A stretch of 64,000 nt of DNA from Candidatus Woesearchaeota archaeon (GTDB lineage Archaea > Nanobdellota > Nanobdellia > Woesearchaeales > JABGUJ01), in assembly GCA_018646625.1 (NCBI GenBank), contig JABGUJ010000001.1:503534-567533 (forward strand), read 5' to 3'. Shown in pieces: positions 39,850-48,932 of this stretch. The notes beneath the pieces were generated by a model. It did not search any database and had not been told where the DNA came from. It saw only the letters and a list, made by a program, of their open reading frames with translations. The position numbers were made by a program, and so were the translations under genes. Within the stretch, counting starts at the first letter, position 1. Each line of letters opens with the position of its first letter.

Positions 39850-40542
39850 TTAACCTAGGAAATTCCAGAGGCTAGTGATTATGAACATATATATTATAAT
39901 CCCCATAAGGAAGAACTCTACTTTTCCTTTTCTATACTTGGGAATGATATCTCTCACTACAATAAACAAAAGTGCACCACCCATAAAGCCCAATAAAGAG
40001 AAAAACATCTGTCTTGATACTGGCAGCATTATAGCCAACAATACTCCAATCATGGTTGCACACGCTTCGAAGGTAACCTTAACTTTGCTTTTCTTTACTT
40101 TAATCTCTGGGATTCTTATCATGGTTGTGTGAAGAAGAATAGGTATGAAGAAAACTAATCCGGCATAGAAATTTTGCTTACTAATATTCAATATAATTAC
40201 ACCAATGATTATATGATACAGAAACATTGCAATATCATGAACAAACGCAACCTCTCTTCTTAATTTGTGCGGCGGGGCGTGCTGATAAACATATTTCTCT
40301 GCAATGTGCAACAACGAAAACCCGAGCAAGACATAAACAAATATTAATCTCTCAGGTATCAACCTCAATCTAGTAACTCCTATAACAAAATCAGGAAGAA
40401 GAACAAGAAACAAATAAGTAACGGCCATTCCTGCAGCAAATGAAATGAGCTCGGTCTTGAACTTAAATTTATACATAGAAAACTTATCCGCTAAGACTTG
40501 CAAGACTCCAATAATTGCCGCGTATAGTATAGGAAGATACAT
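39850..40542 (-). CDS. ZIP-like multi-pass membrane protein
   Basis: ISFAAGMAVTYLFLVLLP and GGALLFIVVRDIIP motifs, about 8 TMs. Confidence 0.7.
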   Translation of the reverse strand: MYLPILYAAIIGVLQVLADKFSMYKFKFKTELISFAAGMAVTYLFLVLLPDFVIGVTRLRLIPERLIFVYVLLGFSLLHIAEKYVYQHAPPHKLRREVAFVHDIAMFLYHIIIGVIILNISKQNFYAGLVFFIPILLHTTMIRIPEIKVKKSKVKVTFEACATMIGVLLAIMLPVSRQMFFSLLGFMGGALLFIVVRDIIPKYRKGKVEFFLMGIIIYMFIITSLWNFLG

Positions 40543-40545
40543 CTT

Positions 40546-40935
40546 TTATGACACTGGGTAGATATCTGTCTTAGGATGATTGGCTTTCCAAGATTCTAAA
40601 CTTGTTTGCTCAACATTAAGCTTTTCTCCACTGTTGTAAACACTAACCTTTACTTTACCGGTAAGAGATTTTTCAATTACAACAATTTCTCCACCTAGAA
40701 GTTTTGCAATCTTTCCTGAAAACTCGCTTTGAACAATTGCCAGATGATAACCGTTGTGACTCACACCTGCTACTTCCCCATTCTTTTCTCCCATTTCAAA
40801 TGGTAGGATATTTTTAAATGTAGGTTCAGCTACGGCCTCTTCACTCACAGTAATCTCTCCTGCAGTTATCAATATAGGGATAACAATTGCCAATACAAAA
40901 AAGAGAACCCTAAAATCCGCATGATTGCGTACTAT
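40546..40935 (-). CDS. small secreted/membrane-anchored hypothetical protein (probable ATA start)
   Basis: frame is open to an ATA at 40935 preceded by GAGGTG; the extension completes a hydrophobic N-terminus. Confidence 0.55.
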   Translation of the reverse strand: MVRNHADFRVLFFVLAIVIPILITAGEITVSEEAVAEPTFKNILPFEMGEKNGEVAGVSHNGYHLAIVQSEFSGKIAKLLGGEIVVIEKSLTGKVKVSVYNSGEKLNVEQTSLESWKANHPKTDIYPVS

Positions 40936-41016
40936 TCAAACCACCTCTTTTCTTATATGATCTAAGGGGCGTTTATACCTTTATAAACTTAACTGATTTT
41001 AGCTAGTAAAACCGTT

Positions 41017-41670
41017 CTAGTGGTGTTTTCCAGAGTTCAGATGTTTATCTTTGTACACATAGTACGAATAAACCATTGTGGCAATAACAATTGCAATCAA
41101 AGGTACAACAAACAGTAGCACAAAGTACTTTGGAAATAGTAATGTTAACAGAATAAACAAAGAATATGCCCTCATCAGCAATCCGCCAAGCTTATGTGTT
41201 TTTGTCCACACATAATCTGAACTTAACGTCCACGGAGTTCTAATTCCAATAAAATAATTTCTTTTACACAGCCTCAAAAAACCACCAAGATAAAAGAAAA
41301 GAACAGACAAAGCCGGAATCAACACATAGTTTATGTTAATATGTACTCCAAAATTTGGTAGCAACGTCACTGCATACATAAACGCAAGAAACACAATAAA
41401 CAATACTTGAAAATCAACAAAATGTTCTTGAAACATCCTTATATTTTTTTTATATATTGCAATCCGTGGAATAAACCAGAATATGGCATAGATAATCAGA
41501 GTAATCACCGGAAACAAATATAATGCAATATACTTAGATCCATATGCATCTACTTCTCCTTGAGAATTCCAGTGCGTTGGAACTTCATTCTCTAATACAG
41601 GTGTAAGAAATATTGCCCCTATAAACATCGCAACAATAATAACGATAGGGATGACTTCTTTAATATTCAT
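41017..41670 (-). CDS. SdpI/DUF1648 family membrane (immunity) protein
   Basis: VPTHWNSQGEVD; NYFIGIRTPWTLSSDYVWTKTHKLGG. Confidence 0.92.
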   Translation of the reverse strand: MNIKEVIPIVIIVAMFIGAIFLTPVLENEVPTHWNSQGEVDAYGSKYIALYLFPVITLIIYAIFWFIPRIAIYKKNIRMFQEHFVDFQVLFIVFLAFMYAVTLLPNFGVHININYVLIPALSVLFFYLGGFLRLCKRNYFIGIRTPWTLSSDYVWTKTHKLGGLLMRAYSLFILLTLLFPKYFVLLFVVPLIAIVIATMVYSYYVYKDKHLNSGKHH

Positions 41671-41701
41671 AAAACTCTCAAACCTCTCTGAGCTTATAAA
41701 A

Positions 41702-42187
41702 TTATCTTATCTCTAGCTTAGTAATCCACTTTATTCTTGCATCGCCAAGCAATGCTAAAGGAAATCCCTCAACTTTTGGCAAAGGTATCCGATTTTTCAT
41801 ATAAATCAACAAACTTCTTCTACAGTCCACTATTAATTTGGATCTTTTACTGCCATCGGCACAATGAAACACCACTCTCTTTGCACCTTTTTTCAAACCA
41901 ACTTGCTTAAGCACTTCTGCGACAGTAGTTCCTCGCCATTTAATTTTATTGACAGATTGATCAACAAACTTCATCGCCCTTATTTTCTCATAATTAAACG
42001 ATTTTGCTTCTTTGATTTTCCCACACACTTCTAGAGAATATTTATGAAGCATTATCTTAGGATAATCGCCTTCTTCTCTCTCATACTTTGTTTTTTCGGG
42101 AACAACTTTACTCTTCAAACCACTAAAGAGTTCGAATATATTCACAAACAAATTATTTATTGCCGAGAGAACAGAACTAACACTCAT
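41702..42187 (-). CDS. molybdopterin-binding oxidoreductase-like domain protein (degenerate)
   Basis: KWRGTTVAEVL, FHCADG, PLPKVEGFPL, IKWITKLE. Confidence 0.65.
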   Translation of the reverse strand: MSVSSVLSAINNLFVNIFELFSGLKSKVVPEKTKYEREEGDYPKIMLHKYSLEVCGKIKEAKSFNYEKIRAMKFVDQSVNKIKWRGTTVAEVLKQVGLKKGAKRVVFHCADGSKRSKLIVDCRRSLLIYMKNRIPLPKVEGFPLALLGDARIKWITKLEIR

Positions 42188-42885
42188 TTTGGAAAAAGAA
42201 TCCTTGCTTTATCTTTACTTACCTTAATTTCAACAACATCTCCATCCTTAATTCTATGTTTTTTTGCATTGTTATCTGATGTCATGAAACCCGGTACACG
42301 AGTAACTTTAACTTTAATCTTCTGACGTTCATTAAGAATTAAAGGTTTGATTAATTTAGTAGTATTATTGAAAGCAATTCCGACCCCTTTGCTAAACTTC
42401 TTTCGAGTTATTGAATGAAAATAGGCAGTACTTCCAAACGGTGTGGCAACAATCAACCCATCACCTATTGCGTCTTTCTCAACTAACTTGCCATCGACAT
42501 AAACACTAAATCTTAACGCACCCGGCATAATGTTATGGAGCTGAACTTCATTCAATCCAATACAATGAGCTTTCCTTTTACCCACTATCTTACCTTCAAT
42601 CTTAATTAAATCTTTAAAACCATACTTTCCTGTAGATAACGCCTTGAGTACATTACATATTGTACTACCTGGAGCACACGTATTACAAATCTGACTTCGT
42701 TTTATTGCAATCTTTGGAACTCTTGGATATTTGTGTTCTCCTAATAGCAGAGTGCCATCTCCCCCATAACAAATAACTGCCTCAGGATTTCTTCTAACTA
42801 GACTAAAGCCAAAATCCTTAACAGTACTTTCAATTTTTTTAGAGTGTTGGCCAATTATTGCCACTTTCTTTATCTTCATACTCAC
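42184..42885 (-). CDS. nadK: NAD(+) kinase
   Basis: GGDGTLL, LNE, GDGLIVATPFGSTAY. Confidence 0.9.
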   Translation of the reverse strand: MSMKIKKVAIIGQHSKKIESTVKDFGFSLVRRNPEAVICYGGDGTLLLGEHKYPRVPKIAIKRSQICNTCAPGSTICNVLKALSTGKYGFKDLIKIEGKIVGKRKAHCIGLNEVQLHNIMPGALRFSVYVDGKLVEKDAIGDGLIVATPFGSTAYFHSITRKKFSKGVGIAFNNTTKLIKPLILNERQKIKVKVTRVPGFMTSDNNAKKHRIKDGDVVEIKVSKDKARILFPK

Positions 42886-42914
42886 TAACCTACGATCAAC
42901 AGTTTTAAAGCTTT

Positions 42915-44027
42915 TTATTCAGATGCATGTTTCCATGAATCTTTAAAATGTTGTATGTGTTGTTTCACTACCTCTTCATCTTCTACGAGTAATGTTTTCA
43001 ACTCTTGTGAAGAATAGTATGTCACAGACATCTTCGTTCCACATATGAAATAAGTAGCTGGTCCACAAACATATGGTGGTAAAAATCTATACTGAAAATA
43101 AAACTCTTGGGATCTCCCTTTGCAATATTCTCGATTTGCTTTGCTATCATTATTTATGCTTAAAAATGAAAGTCCTTTCCTAACTCTCTCTGACTGCCAC
43201 TTATCACCAACTTCTGCACCATATTGTTTGCGCAATCTTGTATCATATCCCATGTTTAATACTTCTTTACCTCCGCCTTCAAGAACTTCAAAGATTGCAT
43301 ATACAAAACCTTCTTTACCTGTAAATAATCTAGAATTTTGATTCCACAATAAATCGAATTGTTGACGAAATCCTTGTGCGAATTCTTTATTATCTATGAG
43401 AACACCAATCAACTCCTCTCCCCAGATAGAAAGTATTGCCTTATCGCCATACGAGTATGTTACTAGTGGACTTTTATATTCCTTTGACAAATATTTATAC
43501 TCTGAACTCTCTGTTGGTTCAGTTCCTAAGGTGAACATTATCTTATGGTTAATTCCATGTTTCTTTACATCTCTAAAGTATTGCTTTGCAAACACAGGCA
43601 TTTTCTCTCTCAATTGACCACCAGAACCAAACAAACAAACTTCTTCTCCTGTTTTAATAATATCTCTATACAAATTTTTCATTCCTTCCGTTCCTTTGTA
43701 AACTTCAACTTGTGTTTTCTCCCTAGAAATCTCTTTTAGTTTTTTCAACTCATCAATATTATCTTCAATACGTTTTCTTTTCTCATCGATATAACCTAAC
43801 AAGCTCTCAGGATCAGATGCTTGAAAATATTTTTTGTTACTTTTTTTAACATAACTAACTAGCCCTTTCTCTTTCAGCTTTTCCAAAGTATCGTAGATAT
43901 GAGTTCTATGCTGGCCCGAAAACTCCGCTAACCTGCTAACAGAGCAAGAACCATTTTTGAGCAAAGCTATGTAGATTATTGCTTCTCCATCTGACAATCC
44001 AATTTCTTTCAAAAAGCCTGTGTTCAT
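42915..44027 (-). CDS. TrmB family regulator with duplicated effector domain
   Basis: IGLSDGEAIIYIALL HTH; two effector units ending FDLLWNQ and FKDSWKH. Confidence 0.88.
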   Translation of the reverse strand: MNTGFLKEIGLSDGEAIIYIALLKNGSCSVSRLAEFSGQHRTHIYDTLEKLKEKGLVSYVKKSNKKYFQASDPESLLGYIDEKRKRIEDNIDELKKLKEISREKTQVEVYKGTEGMKNLYRDIIKTGEEVCLFGSGGQLREKMPVFAKQYFRDVKKHGINHKIMFTLGTEPTESSEYKYLSKEYKSPLVTYSYGDKAILSIWGEELIGVLIDNKEFAQGFRQQFDLLWNQNSRLFTGKEGFVYAIFEVLEGGGKEVLNMGYDTRLRKQYGAEVGDKWQSERVRKGLSFLSINNDSKANREYCKGRSQEFYFQYRFLPPYVCGPATYFICGTKMSVTYYSSQELKTLLVEDEEVVKQHIQHFKDSWKHASE

Positions 44028-44064
44028 AGTATTATTAACACAGAAGCCATATTTAAGCCTTTTC

Positions 44065-44082
44065 GTCCGAATAAGGACTACA
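44065..44082. promoter_or_regulatory. putative TrmB operator GTCC-N6-GGACTACA
   Basis: same layout as GTCC-TATATA-AGACTACA at 37000-37017. Confidence 0.5.
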
Positions 44083-44143
44083 TAGATATATATAGATATT
44101 TTCGCTTGAAATACGTACAAAAAGGCGATTGTTGGAGGAAATA

Positions 44144-45289
44144 ATGAGATTAAAATTCATATTAGCGGTAGCTATACTAATATTAATTGTTGGGTGCGGT
44201 AGCAACACGATATCTGGTAAGGTAGTTCAAAAGCAAACATTAGAGCCAATAAAGATTGGTGCAATTCTTCCTTTATCTGGTGCTGCGTCTTTCATAGGAG
44301 AACCTGAACTTGATGGTATGATTCTTGCAGTTGAAGAAATAAATTCTGATGGGGGAATTAATGGGCGAGAACTAAAACTAATTGTTGAAGACTCACAAAC
44401 TAATCCTGTGGCTGCAGTGAAAGCAGCAAACAAACTAATTAATCTAGATAATGTAGATATTTTGTATGGGACAACAACGGGAGCTAGTGGTGCTGTTGCT
44501 CCTTTTGCTCAAGAGAGCAACACTGTGTTCATATACGAATCAACAACTGTAAAGTTTGCGACAGAAAATGATTTGGTTTTCGGAACCTATCCTAATGCGT
44601 ATGACTTCTGCAAACAAGCCGCTCTTTTAGCAATACAAGAAGGAAAGAAAAGACTTGCTTTGATTGCACTAAACTTTGATGCATCCTTCGACTGTAAACG
44701 AGGAATTGAAGATGCAACATCCAACACTGACACCACTCTTGTATTCTTACAAATGTATGAGATGGAAGAAAAAGATTTCAGAACAAATCTGATGAGAGTT
44801 AAAGAAGAGAACATTGATGGTTTGCTTCTATATTCTTACTCAAAGAATAATGTTCCTCTCTTCCAACAAGCATTAGATCTAAACATCAATACAACAATGA
44901 TCTGTCCTTTATTAACTGCTAGCTGTCACGGTGTGGATGAGATTGATGCTCTGGCAAAGAACACCAAGATATTGGATGGTGCTTTAGGCACAAACATACC
45001 ATTTGATTCCAAGTCTGATGACCCTAAAATGCGAGCATTTGTTAAAAGGTTTAAAGAAAGATTCAACAAAACTTTGGGCGTGGAAGAAGCATTCACTTAC
45101 GATGATGTATATTTAATCAAAGAAGCTCTAACCAAATGTACAGCATTATCGACGGAATGTATCAAAGAATCTCTGCTTTCTACAACATTGGATGGGATCA
45201 GTGGAGAAATTGTATTTGACAAAGACGGGGTTGCAACCAGAGACATAGCATTTGTTAAGTTTGAAAACAAAGAATGGGTTGGGTATTAA
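44144..45289 (+). CDS. LivJ-like ABC substrate-binding lipoprotein
   Basis: IVGC lipobox; IKIGAILPLSG, GGINGRELKLIVED; GGAGG SD. Confidence 0.9.
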   Translation: MRLKFILAVAILILIVGCGSNTISGKVVQKQTLEPIKIGAILPLSGAASFIGEPELDGMILAVEEINSDGGINGRELKLIVEDSQTNPVAAVKAANKLINLDNVDILYGTTTGASGAVAPFAQESNTVFIYESTTVKFATENDLVFGTYPNAYDFCKQAALLAIQEGKKRLALIALNFDASFDCKRGIEDATSNTDTTLVFLQMYEMEEKDFRTNLMRVKEENIDGLLLYSYSKNNVPLFQQALDLNINTTMICPLLTASCHGVDEIDALAKNTKILDGALGTNIPFDSKSDDPKMRAFVKRFKERFNKTLGVEEAFTYDDVYLIKEALTKCTALSTECIKESLLSTTLDGISGEIVFDKDGVATRDIAFVKFENKEWVGY

Positions 45290-45301
45290 GACTTAGTCTT
45301 T

Positions 45302-45940
45302 TTACCACTTTCTTTTACCAAATGCAGAATGTACGGTACATCCTCGTATCAATGAACTTTCGCTAAAAAGTGCACCAGGATATTGTGCTCTCATTTTACT
45401 TTGTAATTCTGGGGATAGACTCATAACATCTGTGATTAAACAAGTATCCTTAGCAAACAGATTTGACTCAAAATCTTCTTTACTAGAAATATATCCTCCG
45501 TGTGTGTAGTAAACAACACTATCGATAAGAGTAACTGCATTAACACCATCAAGAGTATCAATCAATCCTGGCTTTTCCGCCATATCTCTAACTGTTGTAG
45601 CTCTATCTTCAACACCAAAGTGATTCGCATTTGTTTGTAATAAGTCAAAGCATCCCTCTCTGTTATTATCTACTAAATAAACATGATCAATTCCATTAAC
45701 ATCATCATAGTGTTTCTGCAAGTAAAGTAATGCCATAGGTACAACTGCATCTCCTGAAAACAAATCGGCAATAACTGCTCTCTCGGGTAAACTCCTAAGA
45801 ACAAATTGTATCATTTCATTTCTCCAGGCTCTGGGTTCTGGCGCGACTTTTCTTCCAAGAAATTTATCTCTATTACCTTCGATCTCTCTATAGAATTCAT
45901 CTAATCTGTGTTCCAATTCTTTTATTTCTAATGTTACCAT
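45302..45940 (-). CDS. divergent SAM-dependent methyltransferase-like protein
   Basis: VIADLFSGDA motif I; VYLVDNN motif II. Confidence 0.55.
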   Translation of the reverse strand: MVTLEIKELEHRLDEFYREIEGNRDKFLGRKVAPEPRAWRNEMIQFVLRSLPERAVIADLFSGDAVVPMALLYLQKHYDDVNGIDHVYLVDNNREGCFDLLQTNANHFGVEDRATTVRDMAEKPGLIDTLDGVNAVTLIDSVVYYTHGGYISSKEDFESNLFAKDTCLITDVMSLSPELQSKMRAQYPGALFSESSLIRGCTVHSAFGKRKW

Positions 45941-46224
45941 TTTTCAAACAGTACTTGATCGGGTCTTTCTGTTAGATCACCAAAACCTAGTAAATCGCAA
46001 AGATCTGCACCATCCATTGGTGCACACTCGAAATATCCTTGACAAGCTTCAGGACGATTATGATACTCATCACAAAAACCCAGCGAATCAAGATTAGGAC
46101 ATGCATTAACAATTCTACCACCAGGAAGAACCAAGTCAACAACTTCTTGAGTCTCGGGGTGAGATCCACAACAGTAGGTAGTTTTAGTATAAATATTGCA
46201 TTCTAAACAGTTACTTTCAGGCAT
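45934..46224 (-). CDS. YkgJ-like Cys-cluster (Zn/Fe-S) protein
   Basis: CLEC...CC...CPNL...C..Y..RPEACQGY. Confidence 0.75.
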   Translation of the reverse strand: MPESNCLECNIYTKTTYCCGSHPETQEVVDLVLPGGRIVNACPNLDSLGFCDEYHNRPEACQGYFECAPMDGADLCDLLGFGDLTERPDQVLFEKW

Positions 46225-46226
46225 TT

Positions 46227-46742
46227 TTAATACCTATAACTTGGCCCGATAGAATCTCTTACCTGCACGTTATTAAATCGTCTATTGTAACGATGCATGT
46301 AATTACCTCTGTTATTGTTAGCAACAAATCCGGATACTCCTAATGATCCCTCTCTGCCATAACCTCTATTAGAATTTTGTCCTTGATAATTTTTAATATT
46401 AAATGTTCCATATCCTCTAGAGCCAAGAATGCCAACAGTACTTCTACCATCATTCAGCTTACTATTAAATCTCACAGAATAAGGGCTAGATCTGCCATAA
46501 CCATAAGAACCCAAAACACCTTCTCTGCCATAACCATGATTGGCTGCATTGTAATTCACCGCAACATAATTTAAGTTGTTTGCAGAAAACTTATGCGTAT
46601 TAGTATGCAAGTTTCGAGCTTGATTATTCATTCCTAGACGAAATTGAGAATTGCCTAACGCAACACTATTCATTCCGTAAGCAAAACTAAAAGTAGATAG
46701 AACTAAAAAAAACAGGGTTAAAAAAACAAAAATCTTTTTCAT
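46227..46742 (-). CDS. secreted Asn/Gly/Tyr/Arg-rich low-complexity protein
   Basis: signal peptide ending SFA-Y; repeats GYGREGVLGSYGY / GILGSRGY / GYGREGSLGVSGF. Confidence 0.75.
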   Translation of the reverse strand: MKKIFVFLTLFFLVLSTFSFAYGMNSVALGNSQFRLGMNNQARNLHTNTHKFSANNLNYVAVNYNAANHGYGREGVLGSYGYGRSSPYSVRFNSKLNDGRSTVGILGSRGYGTFNIKNYQGQNSNRGYGREGSLGVSGFVANNNRGNYMHRYNRRFNNVQVRDSIGPSYRY

Positions 46743-46745
46743 CGT

Positions 46746-47159
46746 TTACCATCGACCGCCTAAGAAACCAGTGCCAGTTCTATAGAATCCACGAGTTCTA
46801 GGTGCAGGATTATAACTTTTTGCTCCAAATGATCTGAAGTTTGCTCTTCCTGAATCGTAGTTTCTTTCTACTCCAGTCCATGCAAAGTCATTTTGTCTTG
46901 CTGGAACAGTATATCTTTTGTAACCGTCTCCATATCTTCCCAAAAATGCGTGCCTTCCATAACCACTGTCCATACCGTAACCTACGTTCCAAGTATCGAC
47001 TGGTCTTGCGTTGCCTGCGAATGGTGCTCCCATAGTACCTTGTCTGCCCCAACCATTATTGTAACCATAACCTACGTTCCAAGTGTCGTAAGCTAGAGCA
47101 ACAGTTGTGGTAACTAGCAAAAAGATAGCAGCCATAACAATTACCATTAGTTTTTTCAT
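46746..47159 (-). CDS. secreted Gly/Tyr/Arg-rich protein with DTWNVGYG repeat
   Basis: signal peptide ending ALA-Y; GAGGAGG SD; DNA repeat at 46975 and 47065. Confidence 0.8.
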   Translation of the reverse strand: MKKLMVIVMAAIFLLVTTTVALAYDTWNVGYGYNNGWGRQGTMGAPFAGNARPVDTWNVGYGMDSGYGRHAFLGRYGDGYKRYTVPARQNDFAWTGVERNYDSGRANFRSFGAKSYNPAPRTRGFYRTGTGFLGGRW

Positions 47160-47173
47160 TTTCTATTTCCTCC

Positions 47174-47545
47174 TCAAAATGCGTAACCATAATCAGTTGA
47201 ATATACTCTGTTTCCCCATCTATCAAAGCCGAGAAATCTGTCGCTATTATAATTGTGAACTATTCCATACTGACTACCGTAGCCATAATTGCTACCAAAT
47301 CTGTTATATCTGTAACCTCTGTAATGTGTTCCTCTGTTGAATTTTTTGTATGTAACTCTGTAATCATGTGCAACACCTGTATGCCCTGGCATTGGTGTTA
47401 TTTCTCTTGCTTCATTGAATGTTCCTTTGTAAGTTCCAGGATAATACCAGTTCTCAGGAGAACTCTTATCAAATACAACGCCTGTTGCGAATACAGAACT
47501 ACAAAGAAGAATCAACATTGCTAGCATTAATATTACTTTTTTCAT
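47174..47545 (-). CDS. secreted Gly/Tyr/Arg-rich protein
   Basis: signal peptide ending VFA-T; G/Y/R/N-rich C-terminal half. Confidence 0.75.
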   Translation of the reverse strand: MKKVILMLAMLILLCSSVFATGVVFDKSSPENWYYPGTYKGTFNEAREITPMPGHTGVAHDYRVTYKKFNRGTHYRGYRYNRFGSNYGYGSQYGIVHNYNSDRFLGFDRWGNRVYSTDYGYAF

Positions 47546-47546
47546 T

Positions 47547-48011
47547 TTACATCAACCTCTTTCCGTAATGACCGTAACGACTGAATGATGCACTGTATGC
47601 AACATCGTGTTTAACCATTCCAACACCTCTTGAATAAAAAGGCGAATTGAAAGTCCAAGGGTTTGTTCTTTTTCCAACCCAAGTTGGTCTTTTGAAATTG
47701 TTTTTCTCACCACCAAATCTGGTGTTGAATAAATGTGATCTTGAAAATTTTTCATAAGGTACAGGATCAAAATAATTTACGTAGCCAAAGTTTCTTTTAT
47801 CATTAATTTGCTTCAACTTGTAAGCATCAACTGTCCTTTGTCGTTCATTTGCATTGAAATCTTCAGGCAGTTGCTTGTAGATTTGCATGCTTTTGTGAAC
47901 TGGTGAAAATTTAGGAGCAAAAACCACTCCCCCAACATTGTAAGCGAAGGCATATCCTGCCAAAACTAGCAAAAGAAGCCCTAAGATCATAAATCTGGCT
48001 ATTCTTACCAT
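47547..48011 (-). CDS. secreted aromatic/basic small protein
   Basis: signal peptide ending AFA-Y; TATA box upstream. Confidence 0.7.
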   Translation of the reverse strand: MVRIARFMILGLLLLVLAGYAFAYNVGGVVFAPKFSPVHKSMQIYKQLPEDFNANERQRTVDAYKLKQINDKRNFGYVNYFDPVPYEKFSRSHLFNTRFGGEKNNFKRPTWVGKRTNPWTFNSPFYSRGVGMVKHDVAYSASFSRYGHYGKRLM

Positions 48012-48080
48012 TTGTACATAATATAGCACTAGAACTAGTATTTAAATCTTTCTAAATTTGACCACTATTCAGTGACAAAC

Positions 48081-48416
48081 CTATCTGAAGTGGTATGTTC
48101 GGCTTATTGTTGGCCGATATGCGTGGGTAGGAGATCTCCAGGCGCCATAATTACCAGGCCTAAAATAAGTATAAGTTCTCGAGCCATACCAATCTCTATT
48201 ATTCCCGCTATATCCCGAATAGAAGTTGTTTCTGTACATCCCTTCATAGGTGTTCCAACCAGGGCTGTAGCCTGCCATGTTTCTGTAATATCCATCATGA
48301 TATTTAGCATTCTTAAAATTACCATAATCGAAATCATAGTAGAAAGCGCTTGAAACAGTAGATAAAGCACTAAACAATATCAACAAAATAACCAAGACTA
48401 TTGTACCCTTTTTCAT
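48081..48416 (-). CDS. secreted Tyr/Gly/Asn/Arg-rich protein
   Basis: signal peptide ending SSA-F; mature part dominated by Y, G, N, R. Confidence 0.75.
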   Translation of the reverse strand: MKKGTIVLVILLILFSALSTVSSAFYYDFDYGNFKNAKYHDGYYRNMAGYSPGWNTYEGMYRNNFYSGYSGNNRDWYGSRTYTYFRPGNYGAWRSPTHAYRPTISRTYHFR

Positions 48417-48500
48417 TTAGTCCCCCCTGAGTACACAAATGCCTTGAGAGTATTAAAGCTTTACTCTTCTATAGAATAATGAAAAGAAAAAAGAAAGAAA

Positions 48501-48854
48501 TTAAGCGTCTGCTAGTTGCTTAATTGTCTTCAAAGAAACAATTATTGCTGCTGGAGCTACAAACGTTACAATGTACTCCAAAATAGTTTGCAACACACCA
48601 CCTAGGTTTGGTATAACCATATAGTTTGCTGCACTTGCAGTCATCAATGCAATAGCTGCAACCAAAAACTCAGTTGTTTCTCTTGCTGTTATGTTAAGAA
48701 GTCCGACGACGATACCCAACACAACTAAAATAACTGTTACCGCAGATCTGATTGTTTCTGTTGTTGGAAATAAACCAATTATGATCGCTAACAATATACC
48801 AACTAGAAATGCGTAATGTCCTAGATTAGATCTAGAGCTCTGTTTCTTAGCCAT
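48501..48854 (-). CDS. 4-TM small membrane protein
   Basis: GIVVGLLNITARETTEFLVAAIAL...FVAPAAIIVSLK; GGGGTGA SD. Confidence 0.8.
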   Translation of the reverse strand: MAKKQSSRSNLGHYAFLVGILLAIIIGLFPTTETIRSAVTVILVVLGIVVGLLNITARETTEFLVAAIALMTASAANYMVIPNLGGVLQTILEYIVTFVAPAAIIVSLKTIKQLADA

Positions 48855-48932
48855 TAAATCACCCCTTACTATTATACAACACTAGATAGAATTTCACTTT
48901 TTAAAGCTTGTGAAAAAAAGCCTCTAAAGCCC

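Noticed and set aside
48482..48506. Near-identical A-rich 25-mer also at 20591, as a mobile repeat
   Set aside because: Low-complexity oligo(T) tract directly after stop codons; best explained as terminators
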